A stretch of DNA of 64,000 nt, from assembly GCF_036321535.1 (NCBI RefSeq), contig NC_087436.1, positions 91,824,001 to 91,888,000 of the forward strand. Direction: 5' to 3'. Shown piece after piece: positions 47,001 to 60,386 of this stretch. The notes beneath the pieces are model-generated. The model was not told where the DNA came from. It searched no databases and was given only the letters and a program-made list of their open reading frames with translations. The stretch's first letter is position 1. The number at the start of each line of letters is the position of its first letter. Made by a program: the position numbers and the translations under genes. The DNA comes from Camelus dromedarius. Lineage: Eukaryota.

Positions 47001-50000
47001 TACCTTAATTATATATTTTTGGTGTCAATGTATCTATAACAGAGACAATTTTTTTTAAGAAAACCAACAATTTCTTCTTCCCAATTGTAAATCTTCAAAC
47101 TAAATTAACCCTAAAATGCTAGAAGTTTGAAGCATTTCTTACTCTGAAATCCGAGATTCCTTTTGCCAGAATAATCAGTGAGTAATTGTATTACTACAGC
47201 TATAGAGTGAAAATGAAAGTTTCTCTTTAGATTGTTGAAAATTGGGTTGCACTAGAGATTTATTAAGAAAAAGAAGGCAGTGTTTTGATGGCATCTAATT
47301 ATTGTGTGTGGGGTTGGGGGAAAGCTTCGGAGAACACCCTATGTCTATTTAATTCAGCAGCTCAAAATTAGGCTCTCAAGTGTCATCATAATATGGTCTA
47401 TTACATTTAATATAATTATGAGATATTCAAAGCAGTGTGGTCTTCGTCATTAAATTCTTTTGCCCTCTGTTCTGTTTCTACAATTTAGTCTACTCCTTCC
47501 AAAATGTATCAAGTCAATCTATAAACCTTTGCCCTCATTCTAGTTATAGACTTATCTCTCTCTCCGCTTTCCTAAAATGACTATTATCATAAGAAAATCC
47601 TAAACAAATGCCACTAACATGTCAGTTCTCACTATGGGCTTTCAGATATTTGTGCCACTTTTACAAATTTTTCATAATATAATGTATTAAGCAAGAAATT
47701 CAAGAATATAATACTTCTTAAAATACTTATTGTGTTTCTCCATCTATCTAAATTTGGGGGAAAAGGAATTTAGCCTGATTATGATGATCTAAGTGTATTA
47801 AGAGCAATAATTATTAAGATTTCAGTGAATGGAGTGGTGTCAGTTTCTCACAGAAAAATCCTGAATAATACGAGACATCGTATGAATTATTTATCATGCA
47901 CAAGGTAATAATATATGTTAGCATGTACTGCCAAGAATAAATGGTCAGGTAGAAAACGTTACTGTAGAAATAGCACACTTATTCCTTCAACAACCGTAGC
48001 CTGGGAAGGGTCCTTATTATAAGTCAATTACTGAACCAAGAGGGAGGCAGGAAGCTTGGGTCCCAAAGGTTGAGTATTTTATATTATAATTTATTCTCTT
48101 CATCTAGCCAGAGAAAGTAGTGCTGCTGCCACTGGAACAGATCGTAGTCTGAAGTCAGTAAGGATCTGACTTGGTAAAATGGATTTGAGGGAATAGCCTA
48201 TGTCTTGTTAGTTAGTGACAACATTCATCACCCCTGCTGCCACCTTCTGGCTGCTAATAGTGTCAGCCAGTAACGACGAATTACCTTTCCTGGGGATTTG
48301 ACCTTCCTGAAACTGGCTTGAGCTGGGAGACCCTCTACCTAGACTGCCTTTAAATACTTATTAACTCTTGGTGAACCTTACCAATAAATCCTTCAAACAG
48401 TACACCACCATGGTGAGTAGATAAACATTCTTACCAAGTGAAAAAATTCTCTACAGAAGTCCAATAGCAATACATGAAATACATAATTAGACTTATACAA
48501 CAAAAACAGGGCAGAACTGGAATTTAACTCTAGCATAGCCATTAAGGCACTTGATTTGGGTACGTCATTTCTTTTGTGTGTGTGTTTATTTTCTATTTTA
48601 TAGAATCAAAGAAGACTGAATAGATAGACAGCTGCAGAAAAGAGGAAAAAACTAAAGATCTAACAGACTGAAATTATTTGCGGATGGTACAAGCAACTTC
48701 TATACTTTGGTTGCCTCTTAAGCCCCCGTACAGAGCTTTATACCATGTGTCCTGGGTGGTGTGGAACAGAACGACCCTGAGACAGCCGTATATGATTAAG
48801 ACACTCAGGACAGTCTCAGGGAGAAGCCGTGCCTTTGAGAAACAGATCTCCTGAATAATCTTCTTTTGCTTGTGTTAATTTGATCCCCTGTAGAGTAGAT
48901 TTCACTTCTCTGGGAAATGCATTTTTATGGAAGTCCTCCCATCCTGCTATTCTTGAGGTTGGGAGCTCTTCCAGAATAAAGCCTGAAACTTAATCTTTGT
49001 GATTCCTTTGAATTACCCAGCAAGTTACTGGTAAGCAGAGGACAGGTAGTGTTTGCATGCATGGATTAAAAACCTAGGCTTATGATTAATTATTTTATGA
49101 TTAATCATACTATGTAATATATATATTATAAAAATATAATACATAAATTTAGATTATAATATATGTAAAGATTTTATTACAACTGTATTATATTACACTA
49201 TATTATATTATTGATTCACTGAAATGCAAAGTTATGTTATTCTGGAACAATGAAAGTGTGGGGTATGGGAAATAGGGCCTGTATTTAGTCTGAACTCACG
49301 TGATGTAAAGGTTATATAAGGACAAAGAATTCTATATGAACTTACATACATCAGGGTAAATGATCAGTAAGTGAATTTACCACCTTAAAATTAATGTGCC
49401 AACAGTTCTAGAAAGTAAAATTTTTCTATAAATTGCTTGACTGAATAAGAGTCAGAATGGGTTAGCAGACATCTGTATGAAATGATTAAATGATAATAAA
49501 GTACAAATATTAATCCATATTTTTTTCTCCAGAGGTCTCAGAAGACTTTCTTTTTTCTCTTGTGAATTGTTTTTTTTTTCTCCCCTACTTTGCTGTATTG
49601 TCTGTGAACGCAGGGCCTGCTCTGTCCTGCTCACCCTTAAATCTCAGTGCCCAGCACCATGAAGGGATGTTATTTTCTTACGTTTCATTTGTAACCAAAA
49701 TAACAAAATAATGATGATATCCTGATATGAAATGTTAAACCTCTAAGTTCTGCAATTGCTTCAAATTCTAATAAATATGCAGACTTGCACAGTGAAAACA
49801 CAACAGAAAAGAGAATCAGATTCTTTTCCTAGCTTTGTCACTACCTCACTTTGTGAATTTGGCAAGACCCTTAATTTCTCAGTGCTGACTTCATTTGTAA
49901 AATCAGTAAACACTGCCTGGCATCACCCATAAAGGGGGAAAAAGTAGCAGAATTCAAATGACAGAAGCCGGTAAAGACATGTGACCTCTCTAGTCTAGAG

Positions 50001-50429
50001 CCTTGTTTGTGAGACTAACTACATTCTTTTAGCTCCCAGCTCCTTAGTGAAACTGCTCTCTCAAGGATGTTTTTGTTTCCAGAGGAACTACAACTGTATC
50101 AATCTTGTGTTTTGCTGCGTCTAAAGATGCCTGTCATAAGGTCTGAAACAAAACAGACGCTCAAATATACATTTGTTAATGGAATTAGGATAATTGCTGA
50201 GCTCATCGTTCCCTTCGTCACCTTCCTCACTCTCTTTGATGTCCTGGTAACACTGCTACCTCTACTGCTTCATCCTTCTTGAAGTGTTCCTTTTAATAGC
50301 ATCAGAGATACCACACTATGTTTGTTTTATTCTCCCTTCTTCTTCTTTCCCTTCTTGGTGTCTTACTTTTCCTATGTCTTCAAATACACGTGTTGCCCAA
50401 GTTCAACTCATGATTTTCTTCTCTGTATT

Positions 50430-50850
50430 CTCCACAGGCTCTTTCAGGCAACGGACTCCAGTGGTTTCCATTATCTGCATTATCCATATAATTTTGGGGT
50501 TTATGTTTCTGGTGCCTCTACCTTCCAATGCCCAGTCTCACATTTTCAGTAGATTTCTCGATATTTCCAAATTGGGGACTCCAAGAGCCTTCAAGTCGAA
50601 TGTCCAAAAGTGAGGTTATCATTTTCCTTTGCTGCCAAACCAGTCTTCCTGTGTCCTCTGCATCCTTAACATCCTTATTGTTCCCACTACCTTTCCCTAA
50701 ACTGTCATAGGAAATTCATCATCAATTCCTGTCAAATCAATTCCATTTTATCTTTCTTACCTATTGCTTTTCCTGTCCCCATTGTCACCTCCTAGTTCAG
50801 CTTTGATTTCTGTCACTTGACCTGCTGTGGTAGCATCTTCACAGGTGTTA
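50430..50850 (+). mobile_element. L2 LINE internal remnant
   Basis: Pyrimidine-rich sense strand: 'ggtttccattatctg...gatatttccaaattgg...aatgtccaaaagtgaggttatcattttcc...cctagttcag...tcacttgacctgctgtggtagcatc'. Confidence 0.5.
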
Positions 50851-51319
50851 CCTCGTAATGTTTTCTCTCTGGACCACTGTCACCATGGAGAGAATGGAGA
50901 AGGAAAATAGCATAATCTGTGTTAGCAACGGTAATAGCTGATGGGAATACAAATAGAGGTGGGTCCGTCTTCAAGAATTTTAGTCTTTAGTAGGAAACAG
51001 ACACAAATGCGAAAGAGTGACATAAAATATAGTGAGTCCAAGTCCAGATTTGCATAATGCGTTATGAGGGAATCACTTACAATAAAGACACAATCCCTTA
51101 TCTATATGGAGCCAGTATTTTTCTCTCACTGACTCATACTTTCTGCTACCTAGGAGACAGAAAAGCACAGGGATGGGTCAGACTGAGGACATAATCCAGC
51201 TGCAGAGCTTTTGGCCAGAATGGCCATAAGGAGGCCATTGGTGACCTTTGTTCAGCTGTTTGATGGAGTGAGGATTAGGAGAGTCAGAGGCCGTGGGGTG
51301 ATTTCCGAGCTAGAATTAA

Positions 51320-53741
51320 AGCAGTGGACACTGTGATGGCAGTGGATGCCATGACACGCCGCCAGACATCCCGACAGAAATAACATCAGAAGTACCACCC
51401 ACCAGGCGCTGGGACTACTGCCAGGAGATCGGCCCTGGCCGTCAGCCCTCTTTAAGGACTGCTTCAGCTGAAGAAAATGATCTTTTCCAAGGTTCTGCTT
51501 CCTTCCCGGAGGTGTGCTTATTTAATGATCGGTCAGTCCAGGGATGAAAAGGCCTCATTCCGTCACCCCCACATGGGCCTCCCTGCCCTGGAGCTCCTGA
51601 GCTTCCCACAAGGTCAGTGGGGGCCCTTGGTAGGGTTACGGCACAACTCAACTTCCCTTTCTGTCCAGCCTTGCTTTCTACAGCCCCCATCTCAGAGAAT
51701 GAACCCATCTCACAAGAACCCAACCCGTGACAGCTGGTACTAGGGGTGGTCTGAGAAACTAAAATGGGATTTTGCAGCTTGGTACCCTATACATGGGGGA
51801 AGATAGAGCATCAAATGCCCTTGGAACATGGAAGCAGGCCGATTGTTAAAATTTTCTTTGATGATGAACTGAGATGGTACAATGGTAGAAGATAATATAT
51901 GAGCTGATACAGCATATCAGGAATTTGAGTAATATTGGGGGAAGGACTGATTCTAAAGAAAATGGAATCTGGTGGCCATCACTATGCTAGATTCGTGCTC
52001 GAGAGAAGATAATAAAAAAGCTAATAGTTATTACTGGGTTATTAAACTAAGCGTGAAAGTCAACAAGATTCTTCTCTCCTGCAGTGGGTTGTCAGAGAAT
52101 GTTGCTGATTGTAAGAGAAGGCGTGCACTAGAGAAAGATGAAATTCCAAACAAGACTTTAACTTATGTCAAAGTCAAGGTGATAACTGGGAAAGAATGAG
52201 AGCCTGCCACATGGGATAGGGACATCTGGTTGCTTCACATGAGCTTACAAACGCAGCCCACTCCTCTTTTTCAAAGGCTGGAACACCCCTTACTCTCTCT
52301 ATCTCCCTCTCTCTCTCCATTGATTGAAAACAATTCATAGACCTATTCCCTACAACACAAAATGTACCACCCCCTACTCAGGACCTGCTCCCCTCCACCT
52401 CTCCTCTTGGTCACTAAGCCAATCATTAAAAACAATAATATTAAGTCAAAAGATATCCCAGTTGGAGAAAATGGTGGGTCTGCAAGTAAAGAAAAGAAAG
52501 TGCATCCAGAAGGAACTACAAGATGTAGCCAACACTTTTCCATAAAAGACACTAAAATATACATGGACTGGATTCTCAGGATGCTAGATCAAGAGATGTC
52601 AGATATACACTTGCATGAAAAAGAGTATATTGATATAGGAGCACTGTTCCATGATATAAATTAAATACCCCACAAAGTCTTTGGTGATGGTGTAGGCATG
52701 CTGAAGGATGGCTCCTGGAAGTGTGGGAAAAGCTTTGGGCCACATGGAGTGAGGTAGAAATCTAGAACTGTCATGGAATATAGTGGAATAAAGAAAAACA
52801 AAGGCTCAGAAAAGTGGATGTATCATCTAAGACCAGAAAACCGACCAGAGGATAATGTAACGGTAGGGTGCAGGGGATAAGTCGTTTACAGAAGCTGTAA
52901 GGGATGTGCTGGTGAAAGAGTCACCATCTCCGAGTTCAGTGACCTCTCACCCCGGTCGGCCAGGTCTCACGGTAAAAGACGCTGTTACTCAACCAGGCTA
53001 CCAGGAACAATGGATACAAAAGGACCCCCAAACAACACAGGGCAGGGAGCAGCGCTTACTTTGTCAAGTGAGATGAGTTCAATTACCAAAATGAGAGGCA
53101 AGATGGTAAAGGTCATCAAGGGGCCTTGACCCACTGAGAATTATGGAGACAGTTCATAGAGCAAAGTTTTCATCAGAGTGAAATAAATAGGGAGCTGTTA
53201 TCAGTACTACTGAACCTGTGCAATGAGAAGCGATCCAGGAGGGAAGATTAAGAGTCAGGGAGCAGTTGACCCCTAAAAGAATGTCATAATATTTTGTCTG
53301 GTTCCAGATCTGGGCCAGATTTTGGTCCTAATACACAAATACTGGACTCACCAGGCCCCAGGGAGGAAAAATACTGCAACCACATAGCAGAAGAATCTTG
53401 TAGTATTTTCCCCAGTCCTTTCTTAAAAGGGATTTTCAGTGGTAACTACACATTTGGTAAAGCAGAATAATGCCCAGATAATTTAAGGACTTGTTGGACA
53501 TGGGGTCCGAATTGAATTCAGTATCCACGCAGGTGGCACTACTCTGATGCATGATCTTAGCTCCAGAGCATCCAGTGAAATTAGCTGAGACCTTGGTTGT
53601 GACATCATTGAGTTTTACTCTTCCTCTTGCTTAATCTTATTTCCCTTTTAATCCCACAGATATTCATCCCAAGAGCCTCCCCAATATACTTCCTGCCTGC
53701 ATATATCTATCTTAAACCTTTTTCCAAGAGGTCCTTACACA
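51320..53741 (+). mobile_element. Decayed ERV-L provirus: LTR16-type 5' LTR (to 51732), gag-pro remnant, partial 3' LTR (about 53545-53741)
   Basis: LTR16-like 'gtcagccctctttaaggactgcttcagctgaagaaa...gaacccaacccgtgaca', then PBS-like 'gctggtactagg'. The 3' LTR piece 'agctccagagc...ttagctgagaccttggttgtgac...cccaagagcctcccc' ends in CA. Confidence 0.85.
52490..53520 (+). pseudogene. ERV-L gag and protease remnant
   Basis: Track ORFs contain QKELQDVAN and YMDWILRMLDQEMSDIHLHEKEYIDIGALFHD (cf. ERV-L Gag EWILRV.D.GGRNI.LD..EFID.G.LSRD). DKSFTEAVRDVLVKESP lies at about 52876. FKDLLDMGSELNS at 53482-53520 matches the protease motif GLLDTGSELT, with the catalytic DTG mutated. Confidence 0.85.
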
Positions 53742-53969
53742 CTGCTAGTGACTGTCACCCTTCAATCTGGACTCCAGAATAAACACACAAGGGGTGGAAG
53801 TGAACCCTGCCAGCAAGCAGAAGCAGGGTTGCTCCACCGAGCCCACGCTAGGTCAGGTGATACACAGTCCATCTACACATTGTGAGCATGAGAACACATA
53901 CTTCTGATTATAGAGTACAAAACTGGAAGAGGTTTTGTTACACAGTATTATTGTGGCAAGGAGTGACTA

Positions 53970-54895
53970 ATGCAAGGCATTTTCTTTCACATTTTACAGA
54001 TGAGAAAATCAATACTTAAAAATAATGAGTAATTTGGTCAGTGTTGTACACTGGTAAGTGTTAGAGAAAGTTTTCAAACCAATTCTGGTGAGGTTATGCT
54101 ACAACTTCTCAACAACTTTCTGTGGCTTTGCATTGCCTCCTGGATAAGACTGAAAATTCTTACCATTGGCATCAAAGACCCCTGGAATAACGTCTCAGTT
54201 TATCTATCCTGAAGCATTTTGTAATACACTTTTTCACAGTAAGGACACTTGGTCAGATTGTACTCAAAACGTCTTAAATATGTTCTCTGCTTTCAAACCC
54301 CTGATAATTGACTCATGCCTTCCCTTCTCATCAAATGTCATTCGCCCAGTCGCTCGCAGTCAGAAAAAAAAAAAGCTATTTCTTCCATGAATATCACTGA
54401 TGGTTTAAGAACAGAGTGATGATTCCTACCTCTGAATTACTGGGTCACTTATGTCTCTCTTATGACACATTGCCATGTTTTTCTGAGCAACAATACCATA
54501 TGGTAAGCTCCAAGGGACAGAAGGTCTATTTCTAACCCTCTGCACATAGGATAGAGGCTACCAGCAGTAAGTTCTCAAAAATATTTAAAATAAACGACTG
54601 GTGGGTAATAAAGAATTGTGGGAAAATATAAAAGCTATATACCAGTGTAAGTATTATCTCCTATGTTTTAAATTCTAAAGGTTTTGTTAAGTAAATAAGT
54701 TGACATTTCCACTGAGACAGACTTGAATTGAAACCCTGTTTTATTAGTTTAGCAAGATTTTTAGTCCCTCAAGACAGCAATTCTGTTATTTATTGATTGA
54801 GAATACTGTCTACCATGTAGGGTTAGCATGAGGACTGAATAAAATGCACATAGAAGATTATTGGCCCAGAAGTTACTGAAATTAATGCTAAGTGC
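53970..54895. mobile_element. Cluster of ancient repeats: MIR (-, about 53970-54085), L2 remnant (+, about 54110-54590), MIR (+, about 54710-54895)
   Basis: 'cattttacagatgagaaaa...agtaatttggtcag'; 'gtaagctccaagggacagaagg...cagtaagttctcaaaaatattt'; 'gacagacttgaattgaaaccctg...agggttagcatgaggactgaat'. Confidence 0.55.
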
Positions 54896-57269
54896 CCTCC
54901 TCTACATGCTTCACTCTTCCTCTCTTTTAATCCTTTTACTTCCTTTTCCCCATAAGAATCCTTATAATTGGAAATATTTGTCCGTTAATTTTTTATGAGT
55001 AAAAAACCCTCATGTATCACAATCTGGTATGCTGTCTGGTATACATTTCTACACACAAATGATCGTGATGAAGCCATAACTTTGCACAAAGCATCTAACT
55101 TCCTTGGTATCATTTTTTAAGTCTGGGTAGTGAACAGTCTACTCTAGACAATCTCTAAGGACCCTTAATAATTTCTATAATTCAACAACAAAACTGATGT
55201 GGGCAAGATTTGTGTGTGTGTGTTTTGTTATATGTGGGACTGCAGGTCACCCCCTTTATTTCTGGTATTAACATTTGCATATTGATTCGTAAAGAGTCAA
55301 ATCACAGATACAAGTTTAAACACACAGCAATGCAAAAAAAAAAAAAAAAAAAAAGATATGTTAACAACTAAGAACAGAGTATGCCCAGGCCAGAGATGAG
55401 CACATAACCATGAGAATGTCATCAACGAATCAATTTACCTTTGAACTTACGCATTTAAGAGATGAAAAATCGAAACCGTCACACTACAAGCCTTGTGCTA
55501 CAGCATGCCATGGAGTTCTGCACAGTCAGTGTGCAAACTGTCACCAGACTGGACAAGAAGAGCTACCACTATTCCAGGAGCCAGAAACTCAATTCCTAAA
55601 ACGTTTCATCTTCCACTGTGACTCCTTCCTTCCTTCCCACCTTTTTTTTTCTTTCTCATTCTTTATTAATAACCAGCGTGATTTCTTTTCATTGCCTTCC
55701 TATTTCATTGCTTTGGAGTAAATAGCTGAAAAAAATGGATGCTGTCTCTCTCATTAGATCATTATCATTTTGGTAACCTCTGGATTTGAAGAATGACTCC
55801 TCTAAGATGAGGTGGCAGAATTAGCTACTGATCCCTAGTGAAATTAATATTAAAATGCAATAATAAGGAAAAGAAAAATAATGAATATCCTCCTATCTTA
55901 ATGGGTTGATTAGGTCAGATCCAGTAAACATTTAAGAAAAGGCATTATAAATGGATCACCTAAAATATGAGGAACAAGGACTTTGTGTGGGCTCTGTCTA
56001 CTCATTTGAAATAATTTATTAGCTGGGAAAATGCTACCTTTAAGAAGACAATGCGAAACTGCACTCATGTTTTATGCTTACTCATTAAAACTCTAATCTG
56101 TGAAAATATGAAACAGGCAAAAAGGTTTGATGAGAAATGGGCACTTAACAAAATTAAATATGAATTTTATTTTAAAACTTCTCGGTTCATAAAAACTAAA
56201 GAGCAGGAAGAAAAAAAATGCTAAACAAGCCCAACTTTAAAATTAACAGTTCTCACTGGCGGTGAGCGCCAGCCAAAGCAGGGAGGAGAAAATGAAACGA
56301 TGAAAATACACATGAAAACACCATAGGATGTTAGCAATTTACGTGGAAGCATAATTCTGTTTCTAAGGAAAGTGAACTCTGGAGTCATGTTAGTTCTCCT
56401 TAGTACTGTCTTTAAAATTGGGGTTTAAATAGTTCCGTCATCTTTAATAATTGGGGGAACATAAAGAAAATGCTGAGCGGCACCCTGAACTCTTCCCTTC
56501 CATCTCAAGCCCATTTCCTGCTCCTTGTAAACCTCATGACAAATTGTAAAATATTCAGAATGTGGAATGTGACCTGGTCACATGCTCAGAAGAGATTAAT
56601 GTCTCCATCTGCAAAAGTGAATAAAGGCAGCAAGACTCCCAAATGCTCCGGGTCCACAAAATGCTAAAATACAGGGAAAACATGCTGTGGTGTTTCTTTT
56701 CGGAGCTTGGACTCAAGATGAAAAATGGGCTGCCATTTGGTAGTTCAAAATTAACTTGGCAAATTGAATCTAACTGTTGCCCTATTCCCAACTCCAATGT
56801 CAGCATACGGTCCTCAGTGCATTTATAATTCAGTGAACAAAACAATACACAAATAAAACTCACATAAACATAAAAAATGGGTATTATTCAAAATTCAGTA
56901 TTTCATGCGAACCTATTGTGGACCAGTTGCTTTACTTGGCACTGGGAGCTGCAGAAAGGAAATAAAAATGTTAATTTTACTTAAGGACTCACCGACTTCA
57001 GCATTCTGGGTATAAAATTAGGCAACTACAAGGATAAAATTCCACAGTTTGGGCCTAAATAGCCTCAGAAGAGAAAAAAGTCAGAGGAAGAAAATGGATT
57101 TGTAATGAATAGAGATGAAACAGGTGATTTTCCTAAATTGAAATAAGTCTTCTCTGGGAAGACTTCAGTTAATTTTAGAAACAGAAGGAACCTTTAGAAA
57201 TCACTCATGGAAACCCATCAATTTTACCAGTGAAAACCTGGGTACACAGGTACACGACGAATTAGCAAA

Positions 57270-57485
57270 ACTCAGGAGATCTGGCTGTCATATGTTACCT
57301 GTGTAAGTCTGAGCATGTTGTGTTCCCTCTCTGGGTCTGTTTCTTGATCTGTAATTTGGAAATAACAATATTATCTTCCTTCTTGAGTTTTTTGAGTATT
57401 GAGTAATGAAAAACACATACAAAGTTTAAAATATTGTGTGGCAGATAGTAAGCAGTCAATAAACATAAGTTCTTAATATTGATGT
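57270..57485 (+). mobile_element. MIR SINE
   Basis: 'ctctctgggtctgtttcttgatctgtaatttggaaataacaata...tggcagatagtaagcagtcaataaa'. Confidence 0.6.
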
Positions 57486-57549
57486 TATTGGCAAGAGAGC
57501 CAGTGCCCTGCTTTCGTGATGCTTGATCAAAAATTTTGTTCATTCCTGC

Positions 57550-57768
57550 AGTGTATATTGAACAATCTGCTAAAGGGGGTAGATCTTATGGTAAATGTTC
57601 TTATTAACAAAAAATAAATAAAAATAAAGAGGATGAGAGGAAGTTTTGGAAGTTATGGATGTTGATGCTTTCAGGAATACATACTTATCACCAAACTCAT
57701 CAAGTTTGTAAATATGTACAACTTTTTGTCAGTCATACCTCAAAAAAGTAATTAAAAAAAAAAAAAAG
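57550..57768 (+). mobile_element. L1 (L1MB-type) extreme 3' end with polyA tail
   Basis: 'tgctaaagggggtagatcttatggtaaatgttctta...ggaagttttggaagttatgga...aaactcatcaagtt...atacctcaaaaaag...' followed by an A run. Confidence 0.75.
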
Positions 57769-58269
57769 AACTCCACTCATCAGGCCACACTGCCCTCAAT
57801 GCATAAGTTGACTTATGTATTCTTGAACTTTTAGACTTACACAGCACACCCAGAAAATGAGTCTGCAAATGGTACTGTATTAGTGGAGGTGCTGAAAGGA
57901 AAAGTTATACAAAGACAATAATAGAATCAGAAAGAAAAGAGTGAAAGGAGGAATCAGTGTTAGGAAAACAATGAGTCTCAAATTTCTTCATTTCATCTAA
58001 GCAGACACTAATGTAGAACAGTCTTAACTCTTGGAACCATAGACAACCACAGGGATCAGCTGCAGATATAAAAAAGAGAATAAGTGAGTCTCCAGTTCTT
58101 GTTTTGCTTCTCAACCCTCTTTCAGAACAATAACACGACACTGGTGAGAAGAATTTGAATCCCAAGCTAGATGAGCCCGTGAGAGGGCATCCAACCTCTC
58201 TTCATGAAAATTTAAAAATCCTGGGGAACTGAAATAGCTTTTATGCTGCCTCACCAGAGGATTATCCCA

Positions 58270-58475
58270 GCAGGGTAGTGTGATAGTTGAGAACAGAGAC
58301 CTCAGGGCACATAGAAATTGATTTAACACAAGCTCTGCTCAGTTCCATTATATGCAAAATGGGGTTAATAATAGTACCTCTCTTACAACAAAAGTTTAAA
58401 GGATTAAACAAGTGCATGTATGAAATATGCCTCATAGAGTGAGAGACACATGTGAAGTCCATAAATGTTAACAAT
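58270..58475 (+). mobile_element. MIR SINE
   Basis: 'ctcagttccattatatgcaaaatggggttaataatagtacctc...aggattaaa...ataaatgtta'. Confidence 0.65.
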
Positions 58476-59448
58476 TCCAAAATATATGGGCCAAAATATA
58501 TATTTTTTTTAAGTTTAACCTATCTGGTGATTTAAAAATTAAAATTAAAATAGGAATAGATCTTATTTATCAAAGTTGCAACGGCCAGAAGTTAAACCAT
58601 AATAGTTTTTGAGGAGTGTTAGAAGGCAAGGCTGAGGAGAGAGGGGAGGGTCAGCAGAAGAAGCTCTAGGGAGAGTGGAGGGAGCCGGATGAGGGTGCAC
58701 GGGAGCAAACTATCTCCAAAAACTGCACTGATGCCCAAAGTGCATCTAAGGAGGTCAACTTGCCAAATAAAGGGAAGAGAAAAGAGGCCATTGAGATGCA
58801 TTTCTTTTAAAAATAGTAAGTATCCTAACTACCTTTCCTATATCAATTTGAGATTTTAATCTACAAATCTATCATGAAATTGAAATCATAGGGAAAAGAC
58901 TGTACTGGAGAAATATATCGTTGGTATAGACATTCTATGTCACCCAGTAGTTTTGTGAGACACTTCCCTTTAGGGAAGGCAGTCTGTCATCATCCTGAAC
59001 CATCAGAGGAAATAGCTGTGGGTAGAGGCGAGCACTTTTGACTCCGAGCAGGCAGCTTGCTTTGAGGAACATCACCCCTTAAACAGCATTCTGTCTGAGT
59101 CACCTCTCCCTGGGAAGGAATGACGTGACCTATGTCTCATCTTAGAAGAAAACAAAAACAAAAATAGAAACAGCGGATTTCTAATGGAAAATAGATTGAA
59201 ATGCTAATATTCGGTCTTGACAAATGATAGTGCACTTCAGTAACACTCGTGAGAGCATGATAGGAATCATGGTATATTTTTGTTACATATGAACTTATTT
59301 GTTATTATCAACCAATAACTGAAAGTACATACTGTTTACATAGAAAGCTTCAAATCTGCTTCCTCTGGGATCCCAAAAGGCTCATCAGTATTTTAAGTAA
59401 CTAAACATTCAAAATCTTTGATCACAACATTGACTTTAATAGAGTTTA

Positions 59449-59582
59449 ATTTTTTTTTCCTTTTTGGGGGGGAGGGGACAGTTAGATTTATTTGTTTACT
59501 TTTTATTGGAGGTGCAGGGGATTGAACCCAGTACCTCCCACATGCTAGGCATGCACTCTACCACTGAGCTATACCCTCCCCC
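59449..59582 (-). mobile_element. tRNA-derived SINE, camelid Vic-1-like
   Basis: Minus strand reads ggggagggtaTAGCTCAGTGGtagagtgcatgcctagcatgtgggaggtactgGGTTCAATCCCctgcacctcca, followed by aataaaaagtaaacaaataaatctaac, a C run and an A tail. This gives Pol III boxes A and B, a tRNA-Ala-like head and a non-tRNA tail. Confidence 0.85.
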
Positions 59583-60386
59583 AATATTTCCTTTAATTAA
59601 TTATTCGCTCATTCATTAAAGATCATCTACTGATCTTTATTAAGTTATCACCAGCACAAGCTGTTGTTAAAAGCAGCGGCCACCACTTATGTTCAGTCTG
59701 TATGTATATACATATTGAGTGATTCTTATGATGTCATGAGCAACTGTGACTTATTTGGAAATATTCCAGGCTCTGTGGGAAAGACTTGGGATGTTTAAAT
59801 CTCGCTCTAAGCTTCCATTTCCACAGGTAAACACAAACAGAGAGAAGTCACGATTGATCTCGAACTCCTTAAAGAGGAGAGGGAGCTCCAGGGACTCAAG
59901 AAGAGAAAGAGCACCTTGCGTGCCTTTAGCTAAAAGGAAACAGATGTGGGGTGATGAGTGAAAAAAATGTGTTTTTGTGTCACACCAATCAACCTCCCCA
60001 GGAATCTGCGAGAATATAGACAAATTGGCCAGAGACAGGCAGAGAATTTTACAGCTGACAGTTCAGAAGCGCTGAGGCACCCTGGTGTGAAGCAGCAGCC
60101 CTGAGGATCTGAAGCTGCAGGAGCAGCTGCGCCAGTCCCCCGGCTCAGCACTTTCCCTCCCAGCCACTGCCAGGCCGTGCGTGAGCCCAGGGCAGGAGCC
60201 GGCAAGGGAGCAGCGGCCAACTGGGCATTTATTCAAATAACAAAGGCCGCCAGAAAACGGTATCCACTGCTTCGGAGAAAATTTCTGCAGAGACATGGAA
60301 AGATCAGAGACAGTGTTTTCTCAAGATTATGCATTACCATGTATGAAGACAATAAAAACCTAACACTCTAAATGATAAGAATTTTG

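Noticed and set aside
48160..49020. Possible very old LTR remnants (AATAAA followed by a CA-ending segment); similar at about 31345-31680 and 37600-37900
   Set aside because: I could not define termini, a TSD or a family, so they are not listed as features.
59505..59582. tRNA gene
   Set aside because: The tRNA-like head continues into a SINE tail with polyA, and the anticodon and variable regions are degenerate. It is a SINE.
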